Source: an uncultured delta proteobacterium (GTDB lineage Bacteria; Myxococcota_A; Polyangia; Polyangiales; Polyangiaceae). From it: a stretch of DNA of 64,000 nt. The stretch's first letter is position 1. Every line of letters starts with the position of its first letter. Location of the stretch: positions 544,001 to 608,000 of the forward strand of contig CAWJCS010000004.1 of the NCBI GenBank assembly GCA_963841435.1. The letters are read 5' to 3'. The notes under the pieces were generated by a model. The model was not told the DNA's origin. It did not search any database and saw only the letters and a list, made by a program, of their open reading frames with translations. Of the stretch, positions 63,032 to 64,000 are shown in pieces. A program made the translations under genes and the position numbers.

Positions 63032-64000
63032 TCAGGCCTTCCTCAGGTGTACCCATGCCTCGGTGCGGCCCTCGGGTGAGTCTCGGAGCTCGAGCTCCGC
63101 GGAGAGCGCCGTGGCCGCGGCGTCGGCGAGCACCAGCGCGACGCCGGCCGGCCTTCCCAGCCGCGTAGGATCGATGCGGTGCCGGATGACGTCCCAACGC
63201 GAAGCCTCGGGGACGGGCGGGCCGCCGTCTCGCACCGCGAGCGAGATGCCGAGCTCGGTCGTCACGACGAGCGCCGTGACGCTGCCGCCGCGTGGCGTCG
63301 CGCTGAGGGCGTGACCGAGCAGGCTGCGGAGCAGGAGGTCGAGCGCGGGGCGGCTGCCGCGCACGTTTGCCGTGGCGGGCGCTTCGACCGTGAGCGCCAC
63401 CTGGCCCCGAACGGCGCGCGGTTCGAGCTGGGCGACGGCCTGGCCGAGCAGCTCCGGGAGGGGCAGTGTCTCGCCGCGGCCCTCGATGTCGCACTCGATG
63501 ACGCCGCCGAGCTCCGTCACGAGCTCCTGCGCCGATGCGAGCCGCGACAGCGCGTCGCTCGGTGCGCCGCGCTCGAGGTCGCCTCGCGCGCCCTCGAGTA
63601 GCCCCTTGAGCGCACGGTGGGTCGCCGCTGCCACGCTGCGAACACCTTCGAAGCGCTCCGGATCGCCCCGGCTCGGAGGCGGGGCTTCGGTGCGCACGTC
63701 GCCCGCGGCGAGCATGCTGGCAAGCTCTCTCGCGTAGGTCTCGCCGAGCTGCTGCGCCTGCTCGAGCTCACGCCGAAGCTCGTGCACCTCGCGCTGATCG
63801 CTGGCACCGTCGGCCTGCAGGAGCACGGAGAGCGTCGCGCCCTCGAGCGCGACCGACCCGCCGTGCTTGAGCGCCATGCGCGCCAGCCAGCGGCTTTCGA
63901 GCTCGCCGAGCGCCGCCGTGTCGGGCCCGAGGTCGGCGCTGATGCGCACGAAATCCCCCTGGCGCACGATGCGCACCTCGACGGAGCTCTCGGACGGAGA
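63032..64000 (-). CDS. Histidine-kinase-like ATPase domain protein, degenerate; runs off the window edge
   Basis: LLGHALSATPRGG...VRDGG...GVAL HATPase-like motifs; lies directly upstream of the response regulator. Confidence 0.65.
   Translation of the reverse strand, partial: SPSESSVEVRIVRQGDFVRISADLGPDTAALGELESRWLARMALKHGGSVALEGATLSVLLQADGASDQREVHELRRELEQAQQLGETYARELASMLAAGDVRTEAPPPSRGDPERFEGVRSVAAATHRALKGLLEGARGDLERGAPSDALSRLASAQELVTELGGVIECDIEGRGETLPLPELLGQAVAQLEPRAVRGQVALTVEAPATANVRGSRPALDLLLRSLLGHALSATPRGGSVTALVVTTELGISLAVRDGGPPVPEASRWDVIRHRIDPTRLGRPAGVALVLADAAATALSAELELRDSPEGRTEAWVHLRKA

Overview
High-GC bacterial DNA whose gene content (Gly-rich lipoproteins, Ser/Thr kinase, RpoH-like sigma, Cys-rich repeats) suggests Myxococcota, probably Polyangiaceae-like; this is inferred, not tested. 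The right half (about 32.0-64 kb) looks like ordinary chromosome: rnpB, a sigma-32-type factor, ErpA/IscA, an expansin, a kinase, hisF, surface-polysaccharide genes, a DUF3570/DUF4266 operon flanked by heme-c-motif proteins, two arylsulfotransferases, TerB and a two-component pair. The left half (1-32 kb) is a mosaic island that ends at the rnpB terminator. It holds four same-orientation copies of one ISCR/IS91-type rolling-circle (HUH) element: one with an intact transposase and three truncated at different 5' points, all ending at the identical oriIS-like terminus ...GATCGTTTCGCCTAGGCGC. Directly upstream of two copies are stacks of unrelated 70-600 bp fragments: an IS3 end, a diverged sibling transposase piece, a 99-bp piece of the host rnpB, an IS21-like end, an IS4-like piece, an integrase N-terminus and a YyaL piece. 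Several junctions show microhomology or an RAAC motif. The best candidate for a new system is a Helitron-like bacterial fragment-capture element that accumulates an ordered record of past sites or invading elements. Several single-base frameshifts suggest long-read errors, so chimeric assembly must be excluded.
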